Shown here piece by piece: positions 1 through 11,539 of a stretch of DNA of 64,000 nucleotides. This stretch comes from Tubiluchus corallicola. Taxonomy: Eukaryota; Animalia; Priapulida. The stretch's first letter is position 1, and every line of letters starts with the position of its first letter. A model generated the notes under the pieces. That model made no database searches, was not told where the DNA came from, and saw only the letters and a list, made by a program, of their open reading frames with translations. Made by a program: the position numbers and the translations under genes. The stretch covers positions 76,389 through 140,388 of the forward strand of contig JAQGDQ010000560.1 in NCBI GenBank assembly GCA_030141605.1. Direction: 5' to 3'.

Positions 1-78
1 TTCTAAATGGCACAGTGAACAACATGAACAACAAACGAAACAGCGCTAAACGGGGAGTCGTTAAGCGAAGACTTGCTG
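1..78. mobile_element. pogo/Tigger-like MITE family A, right end
   Basis: ends GAGTCGTTAAGCGAAGACTTGCTG|TA; same terminus as the 12294-12926 copy. Confidence 0.7.
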
Positions 79-119
79 TATAAGAGAAACTCGTATACCT
101 GTACCTGTGCGGCACTTAC

Positions 120-223
120 CTGGATATGCAAAACTCCGCTGACACCTTCAATGATGTGATAAAGAGGCTGAACTGCAAGGCGACAACAAAAGTGACCAAA
201 AAGTGGTAAGACAGCCCCTTGGC
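120..223 (-). CDS. RTKN: Rhotekin-like exon 9 (gene continues left of the window into the PH domain)
   Basis: QGAVLPLFGHFCCRLAVQPLYHIIEGVSGVLHIQ, similar to LPLYGSVCCRLAAQP; ttacag/gtaagt. Confidence 0.92.
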
Positions 224-509
224 CTGTAACACAGAGAACAGTTCAAATACTTTGCTAAAACGGTCTACACATACATCACCGTGACGTATCTGACGCATCC
301 AGTAAGTTCAAACTGTAACTTTTGTGTTTTTATAATTACTGCAAATTATGTGTCATCATTTATAAAAAAAAACTCGTTAATTTTTTTCACTTATTTTAGT
401 ACTATTGTTGTTGTAGTCCGGTATATTGCAGTTTAGTCTTGATCCTATAGTGTTAACAGAACTTAACATTTAATAGTTGAAGTGAACACAGACAGCAAGA
501 GCTACAGTC

Positions 510-728
510 TTGAACACAAGTTCGTGTTTCCGATCTTACATCTCTGTATGGCATACCGATAGTATGTGCATTACTATATTTCGTTACTTTACAGTTCATT
601 TGGTGCCTGAGAACGGATTATTCAGTTTTACATTATTTATTATGAGAATAAATGATTCAGTTCTCAACCAAATAGATTTTCAAACGCTTTTTAGGAACGA
701 ATTATGGTCGAAAACCGAGGTATGACTG
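510..728. mobile_element. pogo-like MITE family B fragment
   Basis: ends GGAACGAATTATGGTCGAAAACCGAGGTATGACTG; homologous to 17140, 34838, 42132 and 58790. Confidence 0.75.
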
Positions 729-801
729 CATACGGAAAAATTACGAGACTCAAAAAATCATTTTATACGTGGCTTTTGTGACAAAGCTACTTATATTTTA
801 C

Positions 802-902
802 CTTGTGAACAATCATGCAAAGTCAAGTCGTGAGACTTTATTTCACAGTGCACATCTGACAGTTGAAATGTCGCTACAGCCAGCTTTTGAAACTTTGGTC
901 CT
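802..902 (-). CDS. RTKN: Rhotekin-like exon 8
   Basis: GPKFQKLAVATFQLSDVHCEIKSHDLTLHDCSQ, similar to GPRYHLLAHTTL...THDLTL. Confidence 0.9.
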
Positions 903-1259
903 CTGAAAGTAAAAAAATGAACTTTTGTTTACTCATTCAAGCATTTCACCCAGTCACTTGCAGACCAGGTTCAGTACATCTTAACTTCAGTAGATGAGGC
1001 TCCATCATTATCACAGGGTCATGGACGTCGCCTCAACAACATTTTGACATATAAGTGAAAGGCTAATAATTACAGTTTACAAAACAGTTCTAAAACAGCA
1101 AGGTTGAGTTACACGTAAGGGATTTAGTTTTCGACGGCACATTATTTAGTCTCCTCTTCTCGGCAAGTCACGCACAGGATCATTTTGGTGTTTTGGTATT
1201 GATTCGTCTGTAATCAAGATAAGCCTCGCCAAGAGTTGGATTTAAATTAAGTCATAAGT

Positions 1260-1452
1260 CAGGGGTGTGCAAATTATCTGACTAGCCGGGCCACATTAAA
1301 CTTTCACGCAATTCCTGCGGGCCACAGGCAGTTTGATCAAGGATACACTCAATACACTCAATTAATCACCCGGGCCGCACTTTCATTAGGTTGACAAATC
1401 TCTTCGCGGGCCGCACAAATTCTCTCGGCGGGCCGCAATTTGCACACCCCTC
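1260..1452. mobile_element. hAT (Charlie-like) MITE
   Basis: TIR CAGGGGTGTGCAAATT/AATTTGCACACCCCT; 8-bp TSD tcataagt/tcataaat; internal GCGGGCCGCA motifs. Confidence 0.85.
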
Positions 1453-1861
1453 TCATAAATCATTTCACATTACACATTTACAATAGTTTCATATACAATA
1501 TCTAGTAAAAGGGCCTACAATGAACATAATACAAATAAGAAATACTGCACAGGAAAAGCCTCAAACACTGTTCACTTATATACGAAGGTAAATGTGCTGC
1601 GACCAATCAAAAAGCAGGGCTTGTCAGATTGTCCCACACAGTGACAGAAAAAAAAGTAATGGAAATAACCTAAAAATTTAAAGTGAATCGTGATAAAAAA
1701 ACATTAGTGCTTAAAATGGAACGATGCAAATTATATTTGCAATAAATCCACTGCTTTTTTAAATAATAAATAATCCATCTCTAATGCATTATTTGAATTT
1801 ATAAGAAAACATCACGACAAAACTTTGTGAACAAAACAAACAAACAATAGCTGATACTCAC

Positions 1862-1887
1862 GTGTCTAGCCGATCATCGGGTAAACC
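1862..1887 (-). CDS. RTKN: Rhotekin-like exon 7 (26-nt microexon)
   Basis: tttcag|GLPDDRLD(T)|gtgagt; bridges phase 0 to phase 2 between flanking exons. Confidence 0.7.
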
Positions 1888-2046
1888 CTGAAATTATGAG
1901 AAAAGAAAAAGAAATTAGCAAATTGTAAAACTTATTACTATTATTCCACTCTAACCAAAGCAGCAAATATTTATAGTGAAATTTCTACCAGCGAAGTGCC
2001 TTAAAATTGTAAACTGAATGCAAGTAAGTTCACATTGTAGCTCATA

Positions 2047-2735
2047 CAGTAAGTCCTCGCTTAACGACTCACTGTTTAGAGACGTTTCGTTTTAACAACG
2101 CTGACCTTGTGATACCTGTTTTTCACTTAACGATGCACGTTTCAATTTGATGATGATTTTTTTACTTTGCTCGAAGCCAATTTTCATTTTATCAACAATA
2201 TTTATATGTAATTTGAAGCATTAAAACAGCTCATATTGCATTATTCTGTTCTAAAAATGCACTAGTAATGTAAACAGTGTAATTACTATACACGTTTTTC
2301 CTTTCTGAATGACTACTAAATGCTAGCAGTTTATAGAGAGAGACCCCCAAACAAACTTTATGTATGCAACCCGTTGCTATAGCAACCAGACAAAGTATCT
2401 AGATAAAATTCCCAAGGTCAACCAGGTCTTGGCTTTCACTCTGCTGCAGAGTTTATTGGTTAACCGCTGTCTAGGCTAAGAAATTAATGAAAGAGCAACC
2501 ACTATAGCTAGTTATTGGTAAATAAGATACATACGTGGTTTCAAGACAGCAGAAAGAAACTAATCAGTAGAAACTCGAGTGAAACTCGTAAAACTTTCAA
2601 TTTATATGATTTAAGCAGCAGTGATTTTTGGTTCTGAAATGTATTTCAATTCTTTTACATTACTTTCTATGGAAGTCTCGGTTTCGTTGAAAGACATTTA
2701 TCTTAATGTAGCATTCTGCTATCATTTAAACGCGG
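2047..2735. mobile_element. pogo/Tigger-like MITE family A (other end degraded)
   Basis: TA|CAGTAAGTCCTCGCTTAACG start; internal similarity to 12294-12926 in the opposite orientation. Confidence 0.7.
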
Positions 2736-2874
2736 TACAGTCAGGGATGAGAATGACAAACTGCAAAAAAAAACTCTGAAACAGGCCGGGGGTTTGGGGG
2801 CCGTGTAGACAGCAAGAATTGCAATTTTGTGACCATAGACAGCCATAAGTGGACTTAAAATATCAGTTACCTTG

Positions 2875-3379
2875 TGTACAGGACAGTGCTGCCCTCTGAG
2901 GCCAGCAGGCAGTTACCTCAACTTACCTGTCAGGTGATTTCATGGTTGACGACTTTAGTACCTGGCTTTGTGAAATGCTGCTCACACTTGGTCTTGATAT
3001 GTTAGGACTGAACACATGTGAATTATAGATTTGTGGCTTGATAACTGTATTGATTCCTGCTGTCTGCAGTCTGTCACTAAAGGTGCTCTAATGTTTGGGC
3101 AAGGATGTAAGTTGCTTTTATTTAATTTGATAATTTTTGCTGATTTGACTAATTACTGAAATTAACTGTTAGTGAAATGTTACTTTAAGAGATTTGCTTG
3201 TGTTTGTACTAATTTGAAGTTATTAATTCATAAAATATGCTGCAATGAAATTATTTACATATCTGTATTCTTAACAGAATAAACAACTAATGTACACACT
3301 TATGTCTGGACTTGATGTTTGGAATGGAGTGTTTGAGCATTCTTGGTCACTCTTGAAGAAATGGGTCATGCATGCTACA
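2875..3379 (+). mobile_element. Solo LTR (505 bp) nested in MITE C
   Basis: TGTA...TACA termini, 5-bp TSD ccttg (2870-74 and 3380-84), AATAAA near 3278; removing it restores the MITE C sequence. Confidence 0.8.
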
Positions 3380-3628
3380 CCTTGTTTCATGCATAATTTA
3401 AAATACCCAACTATCAAGGATACATGATACCTAATTGTCTCAAAGACGCCTAAGTACTGGCTGCTCCTATGCAAAAGTATATAAAAACTGTCTGCAATTG
3501 ACTCAAATAAATCCGCACAGTTGATTCTATATTTTTATACATAGAGATATACACGTGGTTACACTGATGTACGTGATGTAAACAAAGTGACGGCCTGCCA
3601 ACTAGCGGTCAGCTTGTGAAATAATGTA

Positions 3629-4240
3629 CAGTCTAGCCTCGTTATCTCACCACTGTCCGTCTAGGGCAAATTTTTGGCAAGAGGCGAGTATGGCGAGATA
3701 ACGGGAATATAACGAAGTTAGTCTATATGTATATACATAATAGTTGATTAACATAGTGTTCCTCTATGTACATATAAAACATATTTCGCATTATGATACC
3801 AATCAACATTAAATCAGAAATGAAAAAATGTCATAAAAATAATCTTATAATGTTACTTTTTTATTTAAAAAACCTTTTTCGAGTATACACTTAAATGCAA
3901 TAAACTTAGCAAAAGATTTAGAAATGTTCACAAATGAGTTACTGACGACTGAAATAATTCAGAAGAGACGACTGTTTCATTGATGATACACGCAAGCAGT
4001 CAACATGACGTTTAATCAAACACAATCCTTGAATATCGTCGCTTAAACGCAGCTTGTCTGTTTGGCGACATAACGAATATAGTTTACATAAGCACTCATC
4101 CTAGCATGACGTGGCGAGGGCGAGAAGCGAGGGTGGCAACTTAACGAGGTAAATATCAAAGCAGGAAATCCGTCCTGGTACTTTCTATGGTGAGAGACGA
4201 GTTTGGCGGCAGGTAAGGTCGGGATAACGTAGCTAGACTA
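3629..4240. mobile_element. Tigger-like MITE nested in MITE C
   Basis: TA|CAGTCTAGCCTCGTTATC ... GATAACGTAGCTAGACT|TA; interrupts MITE C at a TA. Confidence 0.82.
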
Positions 4241-4412
4241 TACTGGGTCTGTAAAAATTTTCTTAACGAATTTACGCAATTTACAAAAATGGCACTACTG
4301 GTCTTCCAAAAACTCGGAATTTTGCGTATCCACAGAAAATTCTCATCCCTGAAAATCACATTAAAACTTTAGCATACTCACAGCGACATGCACGAATAAC
4401 GTCTCAACTTAC

Positions 4413-4545
4413 AGATTTTACACGGACACAAGATTCTGATCTTCTCCTTAACCGCTTCTTCATCGAAACCTCGCTGAGTGACTCATCCAACCTCTTACAG
4501 CAATAAACCTCAAAACTCATGTTGAAATCGGCGCAGACGTCTTCG
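4413..4545 (-). CDS. RTKN: Rhotekin-like exon 6
   Basis: FEDVCADFNMSFEVYCCKRLDESLSEVSMKKRLRRRSESCVRVKS; cacag/gtaagt. Confidence 0.88.
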
Positions 4546-4874
4546 CTGTGAACATTTTTAAACGTAAATTACATTAAAAATTGTGAAAAAATGTTAAAAA
4601 TTGTTTACAGTTAAAAAAGAGTAAAAACAAACTATATCGTTAATCAGTATTAAATGTAATGAAATTCAGTACTTTTGACATGGTTTATATATTCATCATA
4701 TGTAAATAATCAAAAATATCGTTCAAATTTTCCATGATTATTTTCATGAATTTCCATGGATCAGTCATGGATCTCAAATATGCTTGAAACATACTCACTG
4801 CAGTCCAGACTAAAATAACACACTCGAAATCCAGCTGATTTACAGCCACAAACGGTAGTTTTATTGCGCACTTT

Positions 4875-5530
4875 TTGTGATGTGTGCTTGCAAGTCAAAA
4901 CCGTCCGTAAGTCGGCATAGGTAAAACTGCGTTACGATGCTTCAAAGTAGAATGCACCAAAAATGTGGACAAATGTCAATTTTTTGTTTTCCATAAAAAA
5001 TAATGCTAAATATATTGTACCTTTATACACTAGCATCAAATTATCAGGAAAATGTCTAAAAATACTAAAAATCTAATTTCATAACCCAGTACCCACTTTT
5101 CTGACTAGAAACTAGTACTGCAATTGTAAAAAACTTGTATTTTCAAACTCCGGTTGTAGCTCCTGAAAGCAGCCATTTTGCTTTGGGTTTTTTCTGTTGC
5201 CAAGCCCAGATCTTTGTCAGGAAGAGTCATCTACTGGATTTAAACGTAACTTCAATGTGCTCTTGCGAAGTGCATAGCAACCACACTTTGGTGCGGTTGC
5301 TAAGTGTTTTGTAGAAATGCGACAAAAAACAATGGCTAACAGTGATTTTCTCAAGATTATGTTTTTCAGTGAGCAGCCTGCACCTCAAATTGAACATGGA
5401 TTATCTCAGCTTACAAATAACATAGAGCCATGAATTTGGTATCAAAATGATCCTCATGAAATGGAGATACAGGATATGTGAATAACTAGAAAAGCTTAAA
5501 TGCCGACTTGTGCACGATTTTGCTAAGAAA
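4875..5530. repeat. Unclassified dispersed repeat family E
   Basis: about 650 bp colinear with 56585-57225; sub-fragment at 7965-8105 (GGATTATCTCAGCTTAGAAATAACATAG). Confidence 0.75.
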
Positions 5531-5882
5531 GCATGAATTTGATAAAGTTTGAAATGCTCATGCTTTAGAAAATTGTAATTTGATGCAAGCAAACCTGATA
5601 GCGGGCAAAAAATTGGAAATTCACGGCCTAAAAACTTCCAAAAGGCAAAAATCCAGTAAATTATCAACTACATTTTTACTATTTGTGTATTGTGGCTCAA
5701 TATTTTGATTAACTAATTAAATAAATAATTAATTTGATAAGCAAACTAGATACTCACAGGAGTTAATTTATACTTACTAAGAAAAATTAGAAAAAATAGA
5801 TAAATAAGCTGGGAAGCCTGAAAAATGTTGTTCTCCCTCGGGATTCGAACCTCAATCTCTCGCGTATCAGAAAACTACTTAC

Positions 5883-6006
5883 AATAAAAATACATCGGAA
5901 AAACTGATGTCAGTCGAGGTGGCATCAACGTTGTCCAGCAGTTCTGAACCTCTAACGTCGGCGCCGACTTTAACCAAACAAAAGACAGCAAAGTTCTCGC
6001 TGTGAC
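5883..6006 (-). CDS. RTKN: Rhotekin-like exon 5
   Basis: HSENFAVFCLVKVGADVRGSELLDNVDATSTDISFSDVFL; cttag/gtaagt; phases 1 and 2 consistent. Confidence 0.9.
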
Positions 6007-6303
6007 CTAAGAAACGCGACGATAAAAAATTTAAAGTTAAATAATGCGTCAAAGTTTAAATTTGCTTGATATTTTAAAATTCAGCAAAGCCTATGGTACC
6101 GTACAGCACCACTGCTGGGACATAAGATGATACCAGTCATGAACAAGGGTACACTGGTAGTACCTAAACAATAGCCAACAATTTAATGAAGAAAATCAGT
6201 GTACTTGTACTTTAATAGCAAGCAAGATCAGCAACAATCTAGTCACTTTTGATAGTCACTATTAACATGTCTAACTTCCGAAATCTAAGTTTAAGACTGT
6301 ATA

Positions 6304-6535
6304 GACCAGACGGTTTAGCCTTGTGGTAACGCGTCCGCTTTTGGCCTGGGAGGTCGTGAGTTCGAGAGAGCGGCCGGGTCATACCAAAGACTTTAAAAAT
6401 GGTACCTGCTGTTGCCCTGCCTGACGTGTGGTATATAGGGTAAAAGTGGGGTAATAATAGCTCTTTGAGTTAATGTTAATTGTGCACCCAAAAGCCGACT
6501 TTATATAAATATTGTTATTATTACTATTACTATTA
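6304..6535 (+). mobile_element. tRNA-derived SINE with a Meta-domain-like core (MetaSINE-like)
   Basis: A box TAGCCTTGTGG, B box GAGTTCGAG, then GGGTCATACCAAAGACTTTAAAAATGGTACCTGCTG..CCCTGCCTG and a (TTA)n tail; core recognised from memory of the MetaSINE consensus. Confidence 0.7.
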
Positions 6536-7826
6536 TGTGTGATGCGATCAGTCAAAAAAAAAGAATTATAACATGCAGACGATAAAGCAACAAACAGATG
6601 GCATATTCATGTCAGGGTGAGCATTCTCTGCCAGAATTTGTCACTTTCGAACTAGAATCAAACCGAGTTCAAACTAGAATCAAACTAGACTCAAATCTGA
6701 ATCAAATTTGAACTCCATGTTAAAGATAAAACCGGACTCAATCTTAAACTGTAGGTCAAAACAATCTACCCTTTAAAATATTGAAAGGAAACATGCTGTT
6801 TTTTCAAAAAATGACTTCCGTAAAAGAATTTTTACCACACAAACACAATTTCACGTTCGCACCACTAGTTCTTCCCTGTTACATGCATTTTGCCATTCGC
6901 CAGTTAGACTGGCACCAGTGCCTGCATTTCGGAAGCGCATTGCACGAAAACAGGTACTTCACCGTTCAGTTCAGAAGTGTTAATTTGTGACGAACTACAC
7001 ACATTCGACAGGTCATGCGTGAGCACAGTAGTAAATTTGAAATTTTATCTTAAAACTTGCCTAGTTTTAGTACAACGCACTGAATATCTTACAGTAACAC
7101 TGTAATTCAATTTTTGTAATTTTAATGTTGTAATTGTAATTTTAAAAAAACAAACAAAATTTATACATAAACTTGATAAAATCCTAAACAAAAAATGTTT
7201 GCTTACGAAGAACCTAAATTGTAGCAGTTAAAAATATGCCAGTACCTGTTTTTTAAACACGTGACCATTGACAACACACAAGGACGGAGCGACAGTACTC
7301 TTTCTACCTAAAGTACAGTGTGTTATCTCAGACATGCGCACATGGCCGCATGCACACAACAGCCAAATACCATGTAGTTTGAGCTGTAAGCACACAGCAC
7401 TGGGCTGTGAAGCAAACAGTACTACCCTCACATGCTCTGGTTCCGTGAGAAAGAACTAGAGAAAAATGACTTATTATATTGACTATTATCGATAATATCG
7501 AATGAAAATAGGGGGTGCTGCAGTTCCACAGTACCTATATACGAGCCGCTACTGCATTTGAATATATAATTTTAGGTTCGAGTTGAATTTTAACTGAAGC
7601 TTGATGCTCACCCGTTATTCCTACACTCAACCTATATCATTAGTTACAGTAAACAATCTAAAACAAAAACAAGTAAGATTTTACAATCACTCGCCTCTAT
7701 GACATCACCTTTTGAAGATGAATGCGAATTCATTAACCTTGCACTATAATTATTAGTTGTTATTACTTCGTTAACGTTTTACAGTAATAACGTAAAAACT
7801 AAACACATAAAGGAAAATTGAAGTAC

Positions 7827-7883
7827 CTTTTGATTTCTTGTTAAAATGATCAACATCATTCCACTGCAAAGGTATTCTTATGT
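7827..7883 (-). CDS. RTKN: Rhotekin-like exon 4 (start of anillin-homology domain)
   Basis: DIRIPLQWNDVDHFNKKSK, similar to DLRIPLMWKDTEYFKNK; ttccag/gtactt. Confidence 0.92.
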
Positions 7884-8196
7884 CTGGAAAAACAAGTTAT
7901 GTATAAAATTAAACGTACTGAGAAATAATTGATTGTCATATTCTAGTAATACAGTAAGTACAACTTGGATTATCTCAGCTTAGAAATAACATAGAGAGAT
8001 GAACTTGGTATCAAAATGATCCTCATGAGGTGGAGATTCAGGGCTTGTGAATAGCTGGAAAAGCTTGATTGCTGACTTATGGACGACTATGCTATGAAGC
8101 ACACATTTTAACTGAGAAATGCACATAATGATAATTATTTCGCAGAGAAATTAACAGCAAGATTATTTAATGTTTACAAATTATGAAAACACATAC

Positions 8197-8243
8197 CAGA
8201 CAGGCATATCTTTCCATTGCACGCCGCCAGTGTTGAATTTAAC
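8197..8243 (-). CDS. RTKN: Rhotekin-like exon 3
   Basis: LNSTLAACNGKICLS, phase 2 to 1, ag/gtatgt; matches rhotekin CRGRVCIS. Confidence 0.88.
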
Positions 8244-9133
8244 CTATATTAAAATATAATGCAAAATGAATAAGCATAATGTTAAGTACTTTTATAAAAC
8301 GAAGGCATGCCGAGTGGTCATGGTGTGCACTTGACCTTCAAAATTAAAGGTATCAAGCCTGGCTAGGAAGTGGATGCATGACCACCAGAAAGAAAACTTC
8401 TGGGATGTTTCACCTGCCATAGTGCTTGGGTTATTTTTTGGCTGAAGAAGGATGTACACACATACAAACATGTCTTGCACACCTCTGCCAATCTACAACT
8501 CATTTTAGAGAATTTTCCTTGATAGCGACACAGGTCCTGGTCCAGCCACACACTAATAATTTGAGCAGGTCTTGCTGTTGAAAGTATGATTCTGCTTTCT
8601 GTGTGCCATTATGTACACTTGACAACGCCACGCTGCCAAGCTATTTTAGTAGAAATAGTTTTAACAGCTAGTTGGAGTCTTGCCTAGTTTATTTTTTCTT
8701 GTAAGTCACTCTATGTGCAGACTAATGCATAGTTAAGTTCATGTAAACCAAATGAAGTTACTGAATTGATACAGCAGACGATTTCGCTTTACACACGTCA
8801 CGTGACGGTTGTAGTTAAGATGTGTTGCTGTGGTACACTTAACCTTTGACCTGCAGCAAACGAAACTGTGAAAAGGCTGTTTTTCACTTTTGAAAACGTG
8901 TGCAATGCTAACGTCTATATAGAACGTTTGTGCTGTTGAAAATTACGTTCAATCGTGATGTCATCACTAGTTGGGCTTACCTGCCGTTAACTATGTTTTT
9001 AGCCTATTATTTAATTACCAGGAATATTTTGACATTATTATTGGTGTTAGAATATATACTTTTTGCCATACTTCAAAATGGGCAGTATATGAAAAATCGT
9101 CCTGCTTCTCTTTAAAGATGGCAAACTACTTAC

Positions 9134-9336
9134 ATGCTGTACGACCCTGATGATAAAACCTCTCTGTTCTTTTTACCCTGCAATTCAGACATGTATGCCA
9201 ACAGCCGAGCATTTGAAACAAGGTAGTTCTTGGCAGCCTCTAGCAGTTGTACAGGGCTGTGGCTTGCAGCAAGCAATTTTTTCGTACCGTCCAACATTCG
9301 AATCTCATGTTCTATTCGGGCCTCTATGTCACCATT
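9134..9336 (-). CDS. RTKN: Rhotekin-like exon 2, HR1/Rho-binding domain
   Basis: ttttag|NGDIEARIEHEIRMLDGTKKLLAASHSPVQLLEAAKNYLVSNARLLAYMSELQGKK..|gtaagt; matches the rhotekin HEIRMREGACKLLAA...SNxRILxYMxELQ motif. Confidence 0.93.
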
Positions 9337-9587
9337 CTAAAACAATGTGCAAAGTGAAAGTTAGTATGAAAAAATTTAAAAGTAAATCTGATGATTATTT
9401 TGAGTAAGTTGTAACTTTCAATTTAATTGATTGATTTTTGTATTTGTGTAAACACAATAATAACAGGTCTATTTAGAATGCAAAGCGAACGTTAGGCCTT
9501 TACTACAACCGCTGCTACTATTACTACATACTATTATTTCAGTAAAGTTAGCGTACAATAATGATGCAGTTTCGCAGAAAACCCTAC

Positions 9588-9773
9588 CTTCAAATTTGAC
9601 ATTGGAATTGGGCAAGGCAAATTACACGCGGACGAAAAAACTGTACCACGGCGAACAGTTTTTGTGTATGGTTTTTGCTTTTTGTGCTTCAAAGTACCAC
9701 AACTTAAAAATGATGCTTTTCTCAACACTTTCGACCGCTTTCTACTAACAGTGGCATCTGAAATCGGCGCCAT
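9588..9773 (-). CDS. RTKN: Rhotekin-like, coding exon 1
   Basis: ATG GCG at 9773; MAPISDATVSRKRSK...PIPMSNLK; donor AAG|gtaggg, phase 0, joins in frame to the HR1 exon. Confidence 0.75.
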
Positions 9774-10291
9774 TTAACGTGTAATTTAGTTTAATGTTTT
9801 GCCGCTAGGCGGAGACAATAAAAACATTAACATGTGCTTGAGATGATTACCCACATTGAGTTTCTGTGCTTTATTTTATTTTTTCTTAATTTCAGTAAGA
9901 TTAAATTTCTTTGCTGTGATTGATATCTACTTAACAACTAACTCTTAGTCAACCATAAAAGTTTACCTTTTATGCCACAATTTTTAATTTCTGAAAACTA
10001 AAAATCTGAAAAGGCATGACGCACAGGTGTTATGGACTTTAAAGCAGAGCAAGTACTGTGGTCTGTAGTACCACTTGAAAGGGTTGTAGAGATAAAACAA
10101 ATAATTATTATAATTAGGTTTTTTGGAAAGGTTAAAGTATCTTTAAAAATGCTTACCAAAGATGGCAGATGTTACTCGTTCTCTTTTTAATCTTTACTTC
10201 ATACTTGTTATTACTTTCTTTTTAGGGTTCACCATTTACTATTAAGTAAAACAAATTACTATACATGTAAACATCTGGAGACTGAACACAA
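9774..10291. promoter_or_regulatory. Putative bidirectional promoter and 5' UTRs of RTKN and FBXO41
   Basis: Only 518 bp between divergent start codons; acceptor tttttag at 10225 implies a non-coding first FBXO41 exon upstream. Confidence 0.6.
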
Positions 10292-10860
10292 ATGAATGTG
10301 AATCCCACAATGTCTGTTCAGAGTAACAGGTTTCTTTCGTGTCACTCAAACGCAATTACGGGCAAAGTGCCGACTATTGCTGACATTCCTGAATTCTGTA
10401 AACGTTCCGATAAAGTGAAATCACTGGAGGAAGAACTTCACAACTTGAAATTCATGGAGCTCTACAATCATCGAATGAGGAACTGTTTACCTCGCAATAA
10501 CTACCTTTTAAGTGCCAACAACTCGAATAAGTTTCTTTCTAAGCACAGTCATCCGTTGTCTGAACAGAAAAATACAAATGAAGATGGCATACTAAGCAAA
10601 CCAACACACGTGACGAAAGCTAGTAGTTTTTTAAGCAAACCAGTGACCACGGTGGAAAGTCCTGAAGATAGCATATGGAGTGAGCAACCCCTAAAAACCA
10701 TGGAAGGTGCTGGTATGTCAAGTAAACCACTGGATGCGGTGGAAGTCCACGGGAAAACCTCTGAGGTTGTAACTGAACAGATAAAAATACTGAAAGAAGA
10801 TGTCGAGAACTTAAAGAAAGAATTAGATGCACAATGCAGGAATGTAGAAAAAAGCAACAA
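10292..10860 (+). CDS. FBXO41: FBXO41-like coding exon 1 (low-complexity region then coiled coil)
   Basis: 190-aa ORF, first ATG after an in-frame stop; donor AA|gtaggt, phase 2, matches next exon. Confidence 0.8.
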
Positions 10861-10986
10861 GTAGGTGATAAGTGTGAATGTGAAAACTGAAGAGAAGATT
10901 AGGTTAATATTAATAATAGATTTTTATAGTGTGATTAACCAGGAGTAGAGGTTTATGTATAAATAATACTTAGAGGACATGGAAAC

Positions 10987-11470
10987 CTGGGATGAGAATT
11001 TTCCGCAAATGCACGGAATTCTGACTTTTTGGAAGAGCCAGTTGTGCCATTTTCGTAAATCGCGTGAACTCGTTGAGAAAATTTTTACTGACCCAGCACA
11101 TTACTTCACAAGCTGACCGCCAATTGGCAGGCCGTCACTTTGTTTACATCACGTACATCAGTGTAACCACTTGTGTATCTCTATGTATAAAAATATAGAA
11201 TCAATTTTGCAGAGTTATTTGAGTCAATTGCAGACAGTTTTTATATACTTTTGCATAGGAGCGGCCTGTACTTAGGCATTTCTGTAACAACTAGGTATCA
11301 TGTATCATTGATAGTTGGGTATTTTAAATTATACATGAAACAAGGTAACTGATATTTTAAGTCTACTTAGAGGCTCTCTATGGTCACAAAATTTCAGTTT
11401 GTTGCTGCCTACGCCCCCCCCCCCCTCGGCCTGTTTCAGAGTTTGATGGAATTTGTCATTCTCATCCCTG
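10987..11470. mobile_element. hAT-like MITE family C
   Basis: CTGGGATGAGAAT ... ATTCTCATCCCTG; ggaaac repeated on both flanks. Confidence 0.85.
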
Positions 11471-11539
11471 GGAAACACTCTTCATAAACAAAGCTTAAGC
11501 ACTTTGTTTTGAAATTTTGTGTCACTTACATGTTGTCTT

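Larger units (their letters stand above)
2741..4352. mobile_element. hAT-like MITE family C carrying two nested insertions
   Basis: TIR CAGGGATGAGAAT/ATTCTCATCCCTG; uninterrupted homologues at 10987-11470 and 51276-51755. Confidence 0.85.

Noticed and set aside
8285-8590. Coding-looking segment in Rhotekin intron 2
   Set aside because: Only short ORFs, not needed for phase continuity, and no recognisable homology or termini.
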